From positions 3,761,918-3,825,917 of the forward strand of contig OZ316891.1 in assembly GCA_973895155.1 (NCBI GenBank): a DNA stretch of 64,000 nt, written 5' to 3'. The notes under the pieces were generated by a model, which was not told the origin of the DNA, ran no database searches, and saw nothing but the letters and a program-made list of their open reading frames with translations. Source of the stretch: Marsupella aquatica. Lineage: Eukaryota > Plantae > Marchantiophyta. Shown piece by piece: positions 22,505-34,596 of this stretch. A program made the position numbers and the translations under genes. Each line of letters begins with the position of its first letter. Within the stretch, counting starts at the first letter, position 1.

Positions 22505-25500
22505 TGTTTTATGTTCTGGTTGTACCATTGAGTTTATATTTAACTCGCCATCTTATCAGAACAGAAATATACACACTTTTTATATACAAAGGGACCAAAC
22601 AGAGTACAAATGAACAAACAAAAGAGGGCCCAAGTGGACAAAACCAATCGAAAAAGAAGTGAGCAAAAGGGAACCACTAAACACCAAGAAAGAGGAACTA
22701 AAAGTAAGAAATGAACAATAGGGAACCCCTAAAAACCAAGAAAGAGAGAGAGACTAAAACTAACCCAAGCGGACCGAGGTCCTCATCATTCCTACCGATT
22801 GTGGCAAAAAGCTAATGGTCCACATCAAGAGTCAAAACTAGATCGGCAAGTGGGATTGGAACATCCTCAAGGGGAGCTAGCCGCTGCGGAGGCACACTAG
22901 CACCCACTGTAAGAGATCGACGATAGATGGCCCGAGCTTGAGCACGCTATAAGGTGATTGAAATGCGTTGGCGAAAGTGCGTGGTCAAAATAGAAAGCGG
23001 GGGTCCGGTGGGACCCATTCGGCCATGAACATCCCGGGCAGCTTGTCGAAGAAGCCTATCAAACTGAGGATGAAGACGCCCAAATAGCTCCACAACAAGG
23101 GGGAGGAAGTTGTCGGATGAAGCTCGTGCAGCATATTTGGCCTCCTTCGTTGTTGCCGCACGTGACGCTGCTGCCCCTGCCGTAGTTGCCGCTGTCCCAA
23201 TGATGTCTTGGCGCAATGGGTTTGCCACCACAACATCTGCCAAAGTACGTTGACCCTCACGGACCATGGTAAGATCCACCCGTAACCGCTGTGATGGAGG
23301 ACCAGGTAACTCGAGTACCACCTCCCGCCGCACGCATACCAAAGAGCCAGAGAGAACCTGAGTAGTCGCATCTTGCACAGCGTCGTGAACAATAATGGTT
23401 TCACCTCCCAAACTGCACCGAAGAAGATGGACACCTGTGGCATCACAAGGCTTCCCACAAGTGCAAGAAGGAGGTAAACCTGCAAGAAGTGGGTGGGGCA
23501 GCCCCAGACGAAGACGCATGGCTGTGGAGAACTCCGTTGAAGACATCCGCAAATGAGGAATGACTGGATTGGCCTGAAGCCATCCACCTGTGCCCTTCCC
23601 TCCGGAAGAAAGAATCCGAGCTCGGTCCGTGTCAGGTGCCTCGGAGAGGATGCTGGAAAGGGTGAAAGTGTGCATACGCCCAGCAAGGTCTGCCTGAAGA
23701 CGAACGGGATCCAAGGATAAAAACTCCTGGAAAGAAGGTAACGCGGCGCGAACGGGATCTGGTAATGAGGACCGCGCTGCGCGCAAATGAACCTGAAACG
23801 GGAGGGAACCCTCCTCTACCTCCATGAGAGATGAAAGTAAAAAAGGGCGATCCTCAATAAGAAAACGATCGGCCAACAACGAGAAGGCGGCCGCCCATGC
23901 ACCCAAAAAGGCCAAAGGTGCAAGGCTCTCAATGGAAGTAAGCCCAAAACCACCCTGCGAAATAGGAAGACTGAGTTGTCGATGAAGCCACGGAGATGAG
24001 AGCAACGTACCCGGACCTAAAAGAGAGGCCAGGGTCTGACGAATGGAGACATCAAATGCTCGAAGGTGGAGACAAAGATCCTCGGTAGGGGGATGCGTCC
24101 TAGCCAGATAAGACGCACGAGGGTGGATGCACCTCAACAACATCCCAAATGCTGCCTGAGAATCTGCTAACTTAGGGAGCATAGGAGTATGGGCTAAGGC
24201 AGCCTGTATAGAGTCAGCAATGAAAGATGAGCAAAAGGAGGCGGTACCGATTGGGGAGCCAAGGACCCGAAGACCATCGGCTGGACGTAAGAACCCTGGG
24301 GGAAGCACAAGATCAGAGGGTAACCCAGCTGGACTCCATGCACGACTCTTCACAGGCTGAACTCGTAAACCGAGGCCCATCAAATGGGTGGAAAGAGTGG
24401 CGAGGGCAGAAGTAACCGCGGCAGGAGGACCAATGATGTGGGTGTCATCTGAAAGGGAGGGGAAGATACACTGGGGGTGGGCCATGGCAGCTTCCCGTAA
24501 AGCTGTAAAATGGGCAATGGCAAAAAGAGGCCCACCCAAAGGGTCACCCTGACGTGTACCTTCTGCAGAGGAAAGAGTGGTATACACACCTGTAGAGGAG
24601 TGATGACTATAGAAGAGTGGGGCCTCGAGTCCATAAAAACAACGGACAAAGGGGATCAGGGACTGGATGTCTGGATCCGCCGCCCTCAAAGCACGAAAAA
24701 TGGCTGCCCGAGAAACCGTATTAAAAGCGTTAGAGACATCAACCTGGAGGACAACCCAATCAGGGTGGAGGTCCAATGTAGCTCAAATACCCGCAATAAC
24801 CGTCTCATAACCGCCAGGAACGCCAACTGCAAACTGATGTGGGGAGAGATGATCCGATAGTGCAGAGCGAAACTGTGAGGAAAGTGTGCGAGACACAAGA
24901 CGAAGAAAAACCTCCCCAATAGCAATTGGCCGAACACCCGGTGAAGACTTAGCCATGGCCAATAAACGAGAAGCACTCAAGAGCCGAGAGACGGGAGGAG
25001 GCAAACGACCGGCTGCAATACACTGGCAAAAGGAGAAGAAAACTGGAAAACCAAACTGAGGATCCTCAGGGGGGAATAAATCACGAAAATGCTCAAAGAC
25101 ATAGCCGAAGGGGCCACCAGCAGAACAACGCGGGGCATGGAGGAAGGCATAGGTGAAGTGGTCCCTACTAAACTGAAGATCCTCCTCAGGCTCAAAATCC
25201 TCGACAAACAAAGGGAGCTGATCATGGGGCTGCGGATGGAGATCCTGAAGGGCCAACGAGGTGACCTCGCCAGGGGGGGCTGGTGTGGTGGGAGAAAGGG
25301 CCTGGACAGCCCGACGATATTCACCAGCCTGGGCTAAACGACAAGAGCGACGAAGACGTCTATGCTCAGGGGGATGAGAGTGGCGAGTTGGGTCAGACAA
25401 AGCACGGGCGGTAAAAGACCGGGCGCGAAGAAAGTACTCTTCCTGAAGCTGCTCCCAATCTCCCCGCAAAAAACGATGGATACGAGAGGCAGTCTCACGG

Positions 25501-26306
25501 TGACCCACACGACCACCATGACTAGGGAGGGTAAGAGTCCACTGTGGAAAAAGCATCAGTAAAGACCAATAGGAGACCTCCATAGGATGCGCCAAGATAA
25601 GCTGCATGAGTTGCAACAAGGAGGACCGAACTATAGGGCGCAGCGCCAGAGGAATGTGGTTATAAAGGCGAGGTCTAATGTACCCTGGATGGTAGGCTGG
25701 AAGGGGGTCTAGAGTGCGAACCCAACTCCATGCCTGCTCGGGAGCCTCCAAGGAGGGAGGGGCAGAGCTAACCGGGTCAATAGGGGGCTGAGGCTGGGAT
25801 TGTGCTTGCTGGCGACGATGGCACCGGCCCCGCCCGCGATGATGAGGGAGGGAGATGCCAACCCATCCACAGTCAGGACAAGTATGCAGGGGACGCTCGT
25901 CCGGGGAGGGAGCAGGGAAAGACTGGACAGGAGGTGGGGGTGGAACAGATGTGGACGAGGAGGCCGGAGGAAGATGATGAATGGGTGGAGGGGGAATGGG
26001 GTGGGGAGAGGAGCCAGGGCGACGATGGGGTGGGCAGTAGACGGGGGGGACTGGCAGAGCATCGGGCATGGGATCATCACGAAGATGAGAGAGATCCAGT
26101 GAAGAAGAGCAAACACGAAGACGGCCACGAGGGGGAGGGGAGGACGGGGGAGAAGTGTGGGGTGGGGCTGGGCGCTTGCCCCGCGCCAACACTCTCAACG
26201 TAGACATGACAGGCCGCAACCCGATAAAAACAAAAACGCATCAAGAAATGACAAAAGGCCCAACCGAGGCATGTGAAAAGAAAGGGGAGGCGATGGAGAG
26301 AGCCCA
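22505..26306 (-). mobile_element. CRE-like (RLE-type) non-LTR retrotransposon, near full length
   Basis: Single zinc finger-RT-CCHC-RLE frame, bounded by the 23-bp direct repeat TCTTATGCCA(A/T)GATCCAAGTCTT at 22482-22504 and 26307-26329. Confidence 0.85.
22812..26219 (-). pseudogene. Reverse transcriptase / restriction-like endonuclease ORF with two in-frame nonsense codons
   Basis: N-terminal CPDC...H zinc finger. RT motifs VRPIAIGE..RLV, HQFAVGVPGG, QVDVSNAFN, GTRQGDPLG..LF, LSDD, LRVLGSPIG and LPISQGGFG. Zinc knuckle CTC...HLLRC. RLE motifs HD...RVD...ADV...KEAKY...PLVVELFG. The two track ORFs are in one frame, separated by TGA at 24785-24783; TAG at 22949-22947 precedes 44 more codons. 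Confidence 0.9.
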
Positions 26307-26694
26307 TCTTATGCCATGATCCAAGTCTTCGTTCCTCATTCTTCTCTTTAAAGCGCCAAAAAAGAGAAGAATGCTCCCTGCATGCAGTAAGTTTAAAAGA
26401 TCAAATTCCCGCCCCCGCCCCCGCCCCGGCACCACCGATCCCGATCCCGATGCTATCGTTGCGTGGATCGGCGAAGACTGATCCAGGAGGCAGCTTCGGT
26501 AGACCTAGCCCCGTCGGCTTGGCCGGACCGGGCGTGGTCTGGTATGCCACGACCTTTTCTTCACGCTCGAACGCTCGCTCTCTCTTTCGTCTCTATTGGG
26601 AGTTTGGACGACTCAAGGTCGAAACGAGAATTGTGAAGCGCGGTGGCAGATTGAGAAAAGCATTAGGGCGCGGTGATGGAAAATAGATAGATAC

Positions 26695-26928
26695 GGAGGA
26701 TCCGCTCGAGAAAATTGATGAATCGTTCAATTTTGATTGAAACGCTTCTGCGGCGGCGAAGCTCGAGGCCGGAGGATCCGCTCTAGAAAATCGATGAATC
26801 GGGCAATTTGATTGAAACGCTTCTGCGGCGGCGAAGTTCGAGGCCGGAGGATCCGGTCGAGAAAATTGATGAATCGTGCAATTTGATTGAATCGCCTCTG
26901 CGGCGGCGAAGTTCGAGGCCGGAGGATC
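26695..26928. repeat. 75-bp tandem repeat x3 upstream of IPK2
   Basis: Unit ggaggatccg.tc.agaaaat.gatgaatcg..caatttgattgaa.cgc.tctgcggcggcgaag.tcgaggcc starts at 26695, 26771 and 26846. Confidence 0.92.
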
Positions 26929-28104
26929 ACGGGAGGGCATGGAGATGGCATGGGAGGCGGACAATTCAACGGACGGAGAGCACTGAGAATCGCAGAACAG
27001 TGCAGCGCAGCGCAGCGTGAAGGTAGTCTATTCGATTTATCTTGTGCTCCGGATTGGGGATGCATGGACCAACTACGGTATTCCTAACCGGTGTGAGCAG
27101 CTCAGAGCTCAGATTTGATCTACTTCATAGTATAATGTATGTTTGAAAGTGGTCAGGGAATGATCAAATATTTGGATGGATGAGGCAATTCAGATTCGTT
27201 GTTGTTGAGACTCGTTTTTGGAGCTAGCCTCGACAGCCAATTCGCCAGATGGTTGTTTAGGTAATTGCAAATGATTCACGATCTAGAGGATGAATGTATC
27301 ATCAGTAGCTAACGCATGTGGTGGTATTTTCGTCAAGGGTCGATTAGAATTTTGCATTGACATTTGTCCTCGTCCTTTCAGTTGATTACGATGGCTGGCT
27401 GATGCGAGTAGGTTTCTCTCAAATTCTGGGACAGGTTAAGGAGCGCGGGTGCCATTCAAGCGTGTAAGACGCAGTTCTTCGTGGCTGCACAGCAGCTGCG
27501 AAGGCATTGACTAACCAAACTTTCATTCAATAGTGCGAGAAAAGTTTATACGGAGTGGGGATCTCTTGCTCTCTGCCAATGCGAATGCAGTGAGGAGTCC
27601 GTCATTGTGTGCGGCTCTCCAAATGATGCAGTGAGAAGTTCTGGTCGCCTCCTCCGAGGTGTTGGAAGGAAAGAGGAGCTTCGATTTGCGAAATTGGACA
27701 CCCTCTCAGGTTTCCGCCTTGCTTGGACGGGGCCAGGAAGGAAGGAGAATTATTGTAATTAGTGATCATGGTGACCAGCGACGGCATTTCCAAGGAGTAC
27801 GACTTCTAGCCGTTGCTCGGTAAGTGAAATTAAATGGGTTTCCAGCTATGCCATTTTCCTTGTTTTGTTTGTGTTGCCTGTGTGACTCGTTTGGCAAAAC
27901 GACTAGCATTTGGAGTCCGACGGACAGACATTTCTCGGCGTGTCTTATCTCGCTTCTCCTCATCTCCTCATCTCCTCGTGCTTGGGGATGATCCAGGTGT
28001 TGTAGCAGAGGGTTGTTTGAGTGCTGCTCTGGGTAATTGAGGTGTACGACCAGAATTATTTGTGGCTGACTGTCTCTGCATGATTCGACTTGGGCGAGAG
28101 AACA

Positions 28105-31100
28105 ATGGGGTTAAATGACAGAATCTCCGAGCTGCCAGTCCCGGTGAGGGCAATTTTCCTTCCACCATCTTATTGTAACTACTTAAGTTCTGTATCCCCG
28201 CCCAACGTTTGGTAAGCGTGGCACAGAATCCGGGACTTACTTGTACATCCGCAGCTTAAGATGACGAGCAGAGACGGTTAATCAGAGAGGGGTGCCACAC
28301 TTGCAATATGTGGCAGCGTGGACAATCCTGACTTAACTGAGGAGCATTCTTTTTCTCTAGAGTTGTGCAATATTTGTGCCATGGGATTCGGTTTTCTGTA
28401 GAGTTTTGCAATAGTTGTTCCATGTGGATTCGGTTTCTGATATTCCAGCAATTTCTGATAGAGCTAATGAACCAGCAAGAACGACCTCTCACTTTTAGGT
28501 CCGGGTTATAATTTGTTGTTCAGGTGCTTCACCCGGCCGATCATCAAGTCGCTGGACATCAATATGGTGGTAACGGACGTTCTATCCCATTAAAACCAGC
28601 TTGCATCAATAGGTGGTTGTCAATCAGGTTTTCTCCTGTACACATGTAATGCTCTGTGCCATGGCTTCCCCTTGCCTGTTCCTACATTTCAATGCATGAG
28701 AGTGCAACACATGGAGGTTGGAGCACTCTGCTTCATAGCCGTTACTTTCCAGGGGATTGGAGGGTTTCGAGTTTACACGACTCTGTACTCCTGGTCAAGC
28801 TGGTTTGCGTTCTTGATTTGATAGAGACCTTCACTTTATTCAAAGTGTTGCGAGGAAATACAGAATGTATGAGTTAATAATTGCCTGTATGTGTACTCAA
28901 AGGCAGAGTTTTTGTGATGCAGAGGGGCAAGTTGGATCTTCAGTTGATGAATCAGGACGGTTTTACAAGCCCTTACAAGATGGTGAGAGAGGGAACAGGG
29001 AAATTGAGTTTTACGAGAAGCTCCAAATGGACGAGGGGGTTCCTCCCAATATTCGCTCCTTTTTCCCAAAGTATTTCGGGACCATTGTTATTGAGGCGCA
29101 CAACGGTGGAAAAACCAATATCCACCATACGATTTAATGTTTCATAGCCTTTTTGCGAGTGCATGAGCTGTGATTGTGTGTGGAGTACACCGTGAGGAGT
29201 TTAAAGTTCTTCGATTTGCATGTTTCACTTTTGGGAAAATGAGCAGTCAACACTGAAGGACAATGAACCCTCTGATACTGGATGAACTCGTGTGTTTCCT
29301 AAAATATCTTGTTACCTTGACAAGAAAGGTACGATGTGGAGTTATGGAGGACTTGACCCAAGGATTCCATAATCCGTCAATAATTGATCTCAAGGTAGGT
29401 ATGTTATGGGTTTTTGAAGACACTGGCTATGGTACCTGATGTTTGGAAGAATCGGTTTTAGAAGAAGCAAGATGAACAGTGCAATTTATTACCTCCTAGG
29501 TCCAAACAAAGAGTGTCCTGTCAGACCCTAAATATACGGATTGAACTCGTATGCTGATCTCGAATGGCACGTCAATAAACTGCAGGAGAGTCTGACCATG
29601 TTTTGACTCTATAGCCCATAGCTGTCTCTGAGATTCAAGCTGGGTAACTTGTGGTAGCTAATCGTTTGATCTCTTTAAATCTGGTTGCCTGCTCGTTCTG
29701 CAGATTGGTTTTAGAACATGGTACCCAGAAGCGAGTGAGCACAATATCAAGAAAAATAAGTAATGCTATTCAATTTGTGGAAGCCTGCCAATCTCTATTG
29801 TACATGATGTACGTTATATGATTAGCAGTTGAAGTACTCAGGGGAGCTATTTTATGTACCTTGTAGGCTGAGATTCAGACTATTGTTTGAAGAGTAGACC
29901 GTGGGTTTATGGCGTGTAGAGGCACCGTTTTACTCTTCATGGGCGGCCTCCTAACAGGTTTGCAATTGATTTGGACCTAGCTCAACATTGTCAAGTTGCA
30001 TGATGTGGCAGGTTGAAAGACAACCAAACAACATCTGGAGCTCTTGGTTTCCGAGTATCTGGCATGCAGGTAATGCTTTTTCAATATGACACCGCTGTCT
30101 ATGTTCATTTCCATCTGTGTAGGTTCAATAGTCTGAATAGTACCTGGGCTGGCCTTCTTGAGCCTGGTTTCCGTCAATCTAAATTTTCTGACCTGCATGA
30201 ATACATACTGGATGATTTTCTTACGTTATCTATCTTGGTACATGACCATGAATCCACAACAGTAGTGAGCTTGGACTAAGTAGCAAATATTTCGTTTTGA
30301 ATGATCGGAATCGAGACTTTGAACTCTGCATGGGGGCATGCCAACAATCATTGTTGATTAGTAGAAATCGAACCCTCTTGTCGTATCTCTCTCAGGTTTA
30401 TGAAGCTTCTTGTGGTACAACTTTTAAGGCGGACCGCGACTGGGCCAAAACGCTAACTGTTGACGACGTCACTGTGGCTTTGAAACGGTTTGTCTCCTCA
30501 AATCCGCGGGATGCAACCAATCCTGATGCCGCGTTCGCATCCTCGATCTATGGAGGTCCTCATGGTGTCATTGCTCAACTTCAAGTCCTCAAGCATTGGT
30601 ACTCTGCAGACCTCAAATTGTTGATGTGTCCTTTCTTCCAGCCCTTGCATATTTGAAGATTAGGCTCTAAGGTACATTAGATAGTTGTTAAATTTGCAGC
30701 CACTAGTTTGCAATTACTATTACCTTTGTTCATCTGTATTTAATCAAAGGTATGGACTGTGATTATGCCGGTTGAAATTCTTCCTGGGGTCTTCTGTCTA
30801 AATTGTTATTCGCATAGCTTTTAGATATCACCGATTTGTCCATGTTCAGGATATTTATGGTTGACAGTTTAGTCCAAGGCTGTGTGTAGAGGCCATTCAG
30901 CTCAGGTGTCTTTTGAAGCCTCATCGTTAGAAGCATTGCAATGTAATCGTGTGGAAGTGTAATTTTATTTTCACATCAGGCCTAGCGTGGTGCTCACTTG
31001 TCCCTGGACTTTGGTGACAGGTTCAGCACACAAACAAATTATCATTTTGCCGCAAGCTCTGTGTTAGTCATTGTTGACGCTGATCTTGCATCATCGACGA

Positions 31101-31273
31101 CAAAGGAGGATGAAAAGACTTGCCAACCGCATGGACCGCAACCTGTAGCTGTGAAACTGGTCGACTTTGCACATACAATTTCAGGCAAAAGCAGCCTGGA
31201 CGAAAACTTCCTTGAGGGCCTTAATTCACTGATTCACCTCCTTTCATGTATAGTGGGGGCAGATTCTTCCTAG
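28105..31273 (+). CDS. IPK2: Inositol polyphosphate multikinase (IPK2/IPMK); exons 28105-28143, 28524-28569, 28923-29117, 29333-29394, 29704-29759, 30012-30069, 30396-30598, 31021-31273
   Basis: The spliced frame gives HQVAGH, GRFYKPLQDGERG.RE.EFY, FFPKYFG, MEDL...PSIIDLKIGFRTWYPE (PxxxDxKxG), TTSGALGFRVSGM, SSVLV and VKLVDFAH. Splice phases were checked by hand. The first exon is less certain. Confidence 0.93.
29118..29332 (+). other. Putative U12-type AT-AC intron in IPK2
   Basis: 5' end ATATCCAC, branch-like TACCTTGAC about 11 nt before the terminal AC. Removal joins GGKT-R-CGVMEDL in frame, whereas the nearby GT-AG options do not. Confidence 0.78.
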
Positions 31274-32389
31274 TGAACTTGCATTTCCCTGTAAGCTTAA
31301 AACCAGTGAAAGTGGAGGTCTAAAATTTTCCCTCCAAAATATTCAGTAGGTTGGAGACTGAGGGTCCAATCCAAATTTCCATCATTATCGAACTGCTGTT
31401 GGCATTGCCTTGTAAAGACCCCCTAAAGTGGTTACACCAGAAACTCGGTTTCTACTGGCTGAGGGGCAGAGAAATCATAAGCACTTTTTTCCACTTACCC
31501 TCTCTAAAATGCTATAAAATAGGTTTCTAATGGCCGTGGCGTGCAAGGGAGCATCCTTATTGTTTCCATTCAACCCCCTTTAAAGTGTCACACCGAAAAT
31601 AAGTTTTCTACACGGGGGGAGGATAGGGGAGCATAAGCATTCACTTCTAATCACCCCCAGGTCCCTTCTTGCCAGGTGGGGCGTTAAAAGAGGAAATATT
31701 CCTGCATACACAGTTTCGTTCAATGCTCACTTTTGCCAAGTGATTAGGCCCCTCACCCCGTTAGTGTAAATTGGAAATTTGTGTTACTAATCATAAGAGG
31801 GGATGGGGTTTTCTATTTTAGGGCCAAATGATTTCACCTGAAACATTGGGCACACACATTTCCATTGGACAAAAAATAATGGTTTAGATTGTATGAAATT
31901 TCAATTATTTAGATTACACTAACCGACAATTGCTTCATGTGAGTAATACTAATTGTTAGACAATTTGCTTCATGTGTTGCTTCATATGAGTAACACTAAT
32001 TGAATGGTGAGACAGCTATAGCTAGCCAACTCATGTAAAGAGCTTTCTTTTCATTTCCCAGACGTATGTTGCAAAAGTTCCTCAAGAATCATTGGCCAAT
32101 GTCATGTCTTGCTTGGGACTTAGTGTCCTTGTTCACTGGTTTCTTCCTCGAGCACATCTTTGGCAACCACTTCTTTGAGTCACAGTTCTTTATTGCTGAA
32201 GTTGGGAGTCCCAAAGCTCCAGAGTTGTGGATGATGACTTTGGACCACAAAACATGGTTGTAACTTTCTCACAGGGTTATGTAAAAAAAATTAATATGTT
32301 TTTTTTTTCACTAGCTTCTAGAGACAATAACTTATGGTCATAACATATGACCAATGTTTCTAGCAACAAGTTATAGACCATGGATTTGG

Positions 32390-33326
32390 CAGTCCATAAT
32401 CTTTTCCATAACCTTAACTGCTAAATCAGTCCATAATCTTTTCCAAAACCTTAACTGCTAAATTTGAAGTTTTGAGATCCCCAAGTGAATACACAGACCA
32501 ATATTTATGGCAAAAAGTTATGGACTATAAATTTTGGTAGTCCATAATACTTTCTGTCCATAAACTTTCCTACTAAATCTTGAAGTTTTTGAGAGGCCCT
32601 AGTGAAAATGTGGACCATACTAAATAATCCTTTCTGTTCATAACCTTAAATACAAAATATTCTCTTCTGTCCATAACCTTTACTACTAAATTTGAAGCTT
32701 TGAGACATCCTAGTGAAAATAAATTTGAAGCTTTGACCATAACCTTAACTACTAAATTTGAAGCTTTGAGACATCCTAGTGAAAATAAATTTGAAGCTTT
32801 GATCTTAACCTTAACTACTAAATTTGAAGCTTTGAGACATCCTAGTAAAAATAAATTTGAAGCTTTGACCATAACCTTAACTACTAAATTCCAAGCTTTG
32901 AGACTTCCTAGTGAAAATGTGTACTTAACTACTAAATTTGAAGCTTTGAGACGTCTAGTGAAAATAAAATTGAAGCTTTGACCATAACCTTAACTACAAA
33001 ATTTGAAGCTTTGAGACTTCCTAGTGAAAATGTGTACTTAACTACAAAATTTGAAGCTTGGAGACTTCCTAGTGAAAATGTGTACTTAAATACTAAATTT
33101 GAAGCTTTGAGACGTTCTAGTGAAAATAACCTTAAATACTAAATTTGAAGCTTTGAGACGTCTAGTGAAACTAAATTTGAAAGCTTTGACCATAACCTTA
33201 ACTACTAAAGTTGAAGCTTTGAGACTTCCTGCTAAATTTGAAGCTTTGAGACGTCTAGTGAAACTAAATTTGAAAGCTTTGACCATAACCTTAACTACTA
33301 AGTTGAAGCTTTAAGACGTCCTAGTG
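32390..33326. repeat. AT-rich tandem array built from 'ccataaccttaactactaaatttgaagctttgagac.tcctagtgaaaa' modules
   Basis: About 20 copies of the tgaagcttt-type core in alternating sub-units. The repetitive ORFs here (32573-33314) are artefacts of the array. Confidence 0.92.
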
Positions 33327-33337
33327 GAAATGTGGAG

Positions 33338-33760
33338 GATGCGATATGCCGCATTGCAAAGAAGCATCTCCTGCGGTTGAAACAGAGTGCACGCTCATTT
33401 GCGAAGATTGCCCACTTTTTTCGTGAATCCCTAGCTGCTGACGAAGAGGCACAAGGCATTCTGTGCTCTGTGGGCTGGTGCTATCACTCGACACTTCGTG
33501 TTCATGTTTGCAGAGTTCTTCCTCGAGCACGTCTTTAGCGTCGGAGAGGACGACCTCGAGTTACGGTTTCTTCGTTGCAGTGAAGGATATGGCCGATGCG
33601 ATGCGTCTCATTGCAGAGTAGCATCTTCCGCGATTGAAAACAATTTGCACCCACATCTGCGAGGATTTCACACTTTTTTTCGTGAATCCCTAGCTGCTGA
33701 AGAAGAGGCAACAGGCATTCCTTTGGGCCGGTGGGATCACTCTGCATCACTCTGAGTCAA
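33338..33760. repeat. Diverged direct duplication (~150 bp aligned) upstream of the Btz-motif gene
   Basis: 'gatgcgat...cattgca.ag.agcatct...cactttttt.cgtgaatccctagctgctga.gaagaggca.caggcattc' at ~33338 and ~33595. Confidence 0.8.
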
Positions 33761-33822
33761 CGTTTCGAAGGGCCCGTGTCTGTGAGGATCGTGGAAAGAT
33801 AGAAGAGCAGGAGCTGGAAGGA

Positions 33823-34596
33823 ATGTCGTCGTCGTCGTCTTCGTCTGCCTCTGCGTCTTCCTCGTCCTCAGACTCTGAGAAGGATGCGGATAGGCACAGG
33901 CGGATCAGGAAAGGCGGGCTGCTGGATCCCGGAGACAGGGTGGTGGTGGTGGAGAGAAAGGCTATGGACAAGCAGGCGGTGGGGGATGAAGGAAGGAGTC
34001 GTGAGAGGAGAGGGAGCGAGAGCACCCGAAAAGAGGAGAAGAACGAGGAAAGAAGACCTAAGAGAGAGCGGGAAGAGCCAGCAGGCAGGAGAGGCGACAG
34101 ATATGGCGAACGGAGGTTCAGAGAGGTGAAGGAACGGGATTCTTCTAGGGAGCGGCGAGACAAGGTTAGGGAGCGAGACATAAAGGAGAGAGACTCGTCC
34201 AGGGAGAGGAGAGAGAGGGAGTCTCCTCGGGAGCTCAAAGAAAGAGACTCTTCTAGAGAGTTTTCAAGAAGCAGAAGGCCTTCCGACCGATGGAGAGGGG
34301 ACGATCAAGATCAAGAAAGGGGTTATGGGAGAGGTCGAGGTCGCAGGTTTTCCGCGCCTGGAAGGCAGGTCTGGACCGGACGGCACAATGGAAATGATGG
34401 CAGATACAGTGATACTAATGCAAGGCAGGGGTGGAAGGACGTGGACAGGGATTCATATCCTCGTCGGCGACGCAATTCGTTTGGGGAAGGGGAAAAATGG
34501 AAGCACGACATGTTTCAATCTGTCGTAGATGGGGCCGAGACCAAAGAGCCTGAGGAAGACCCAGTTGCTAAAATTGAAGCTCTTCTTGCGTCTTGA
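33823..34596 (+). CDS. Arg/Glu-rich protein with a Btz (CASC3/Barentsz-like) motif, intronless
   Basis: 257-aa ORF with RE/RD/RS repeats, RGRGR, an EKWKHDMF motif and the conserved-looking C-terminus EDPVAKIEALLAS. Confidence 0.75.
   Translation: MSSSSSSSASASSSSSDSEKDADRHRRIRKGGLLDPGDRVVVVERKAMDKQAVGDEGRSRERRGSESTRKEEKNEERRPKREREEPAGRRGDRYGERRFREVKERDSSRERRDKVRERDIKERDSSRERRERESPRELKERDSSREFSRSRRPSDRWRGDDQDQERGYGRGRGRRFSAPGRQVWTGRHNGNDGRYSDTNARQGWKDVDRDSYPRRRRNSFGEGEKWKHDMFQSVVDGAETKEPEEDPVAKIEALLAS

Noticed and set aside
22545-22580. Minus-strand AAGTGTGTATATTTCTGTTCTGATAAG resembles part of U2 snRNA (Utopia-like targeting)
   Set aside because: Short, gapped, AT-rich match with no other U2 sequence on either flank.
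25709-26203. Multiple overlapping ORFs on both strands
   Set aside because: Shadow frames of the Pro-rich, GC-rich N-terminus of the CRE ORF.
32390-33326. Array could be mistaken for a CRISPR array or a repeat-protein gene
   Set aside because: There are no unique spacers or cas genes, the context is eukaryotic, and the ORFs simply translate the repeat.
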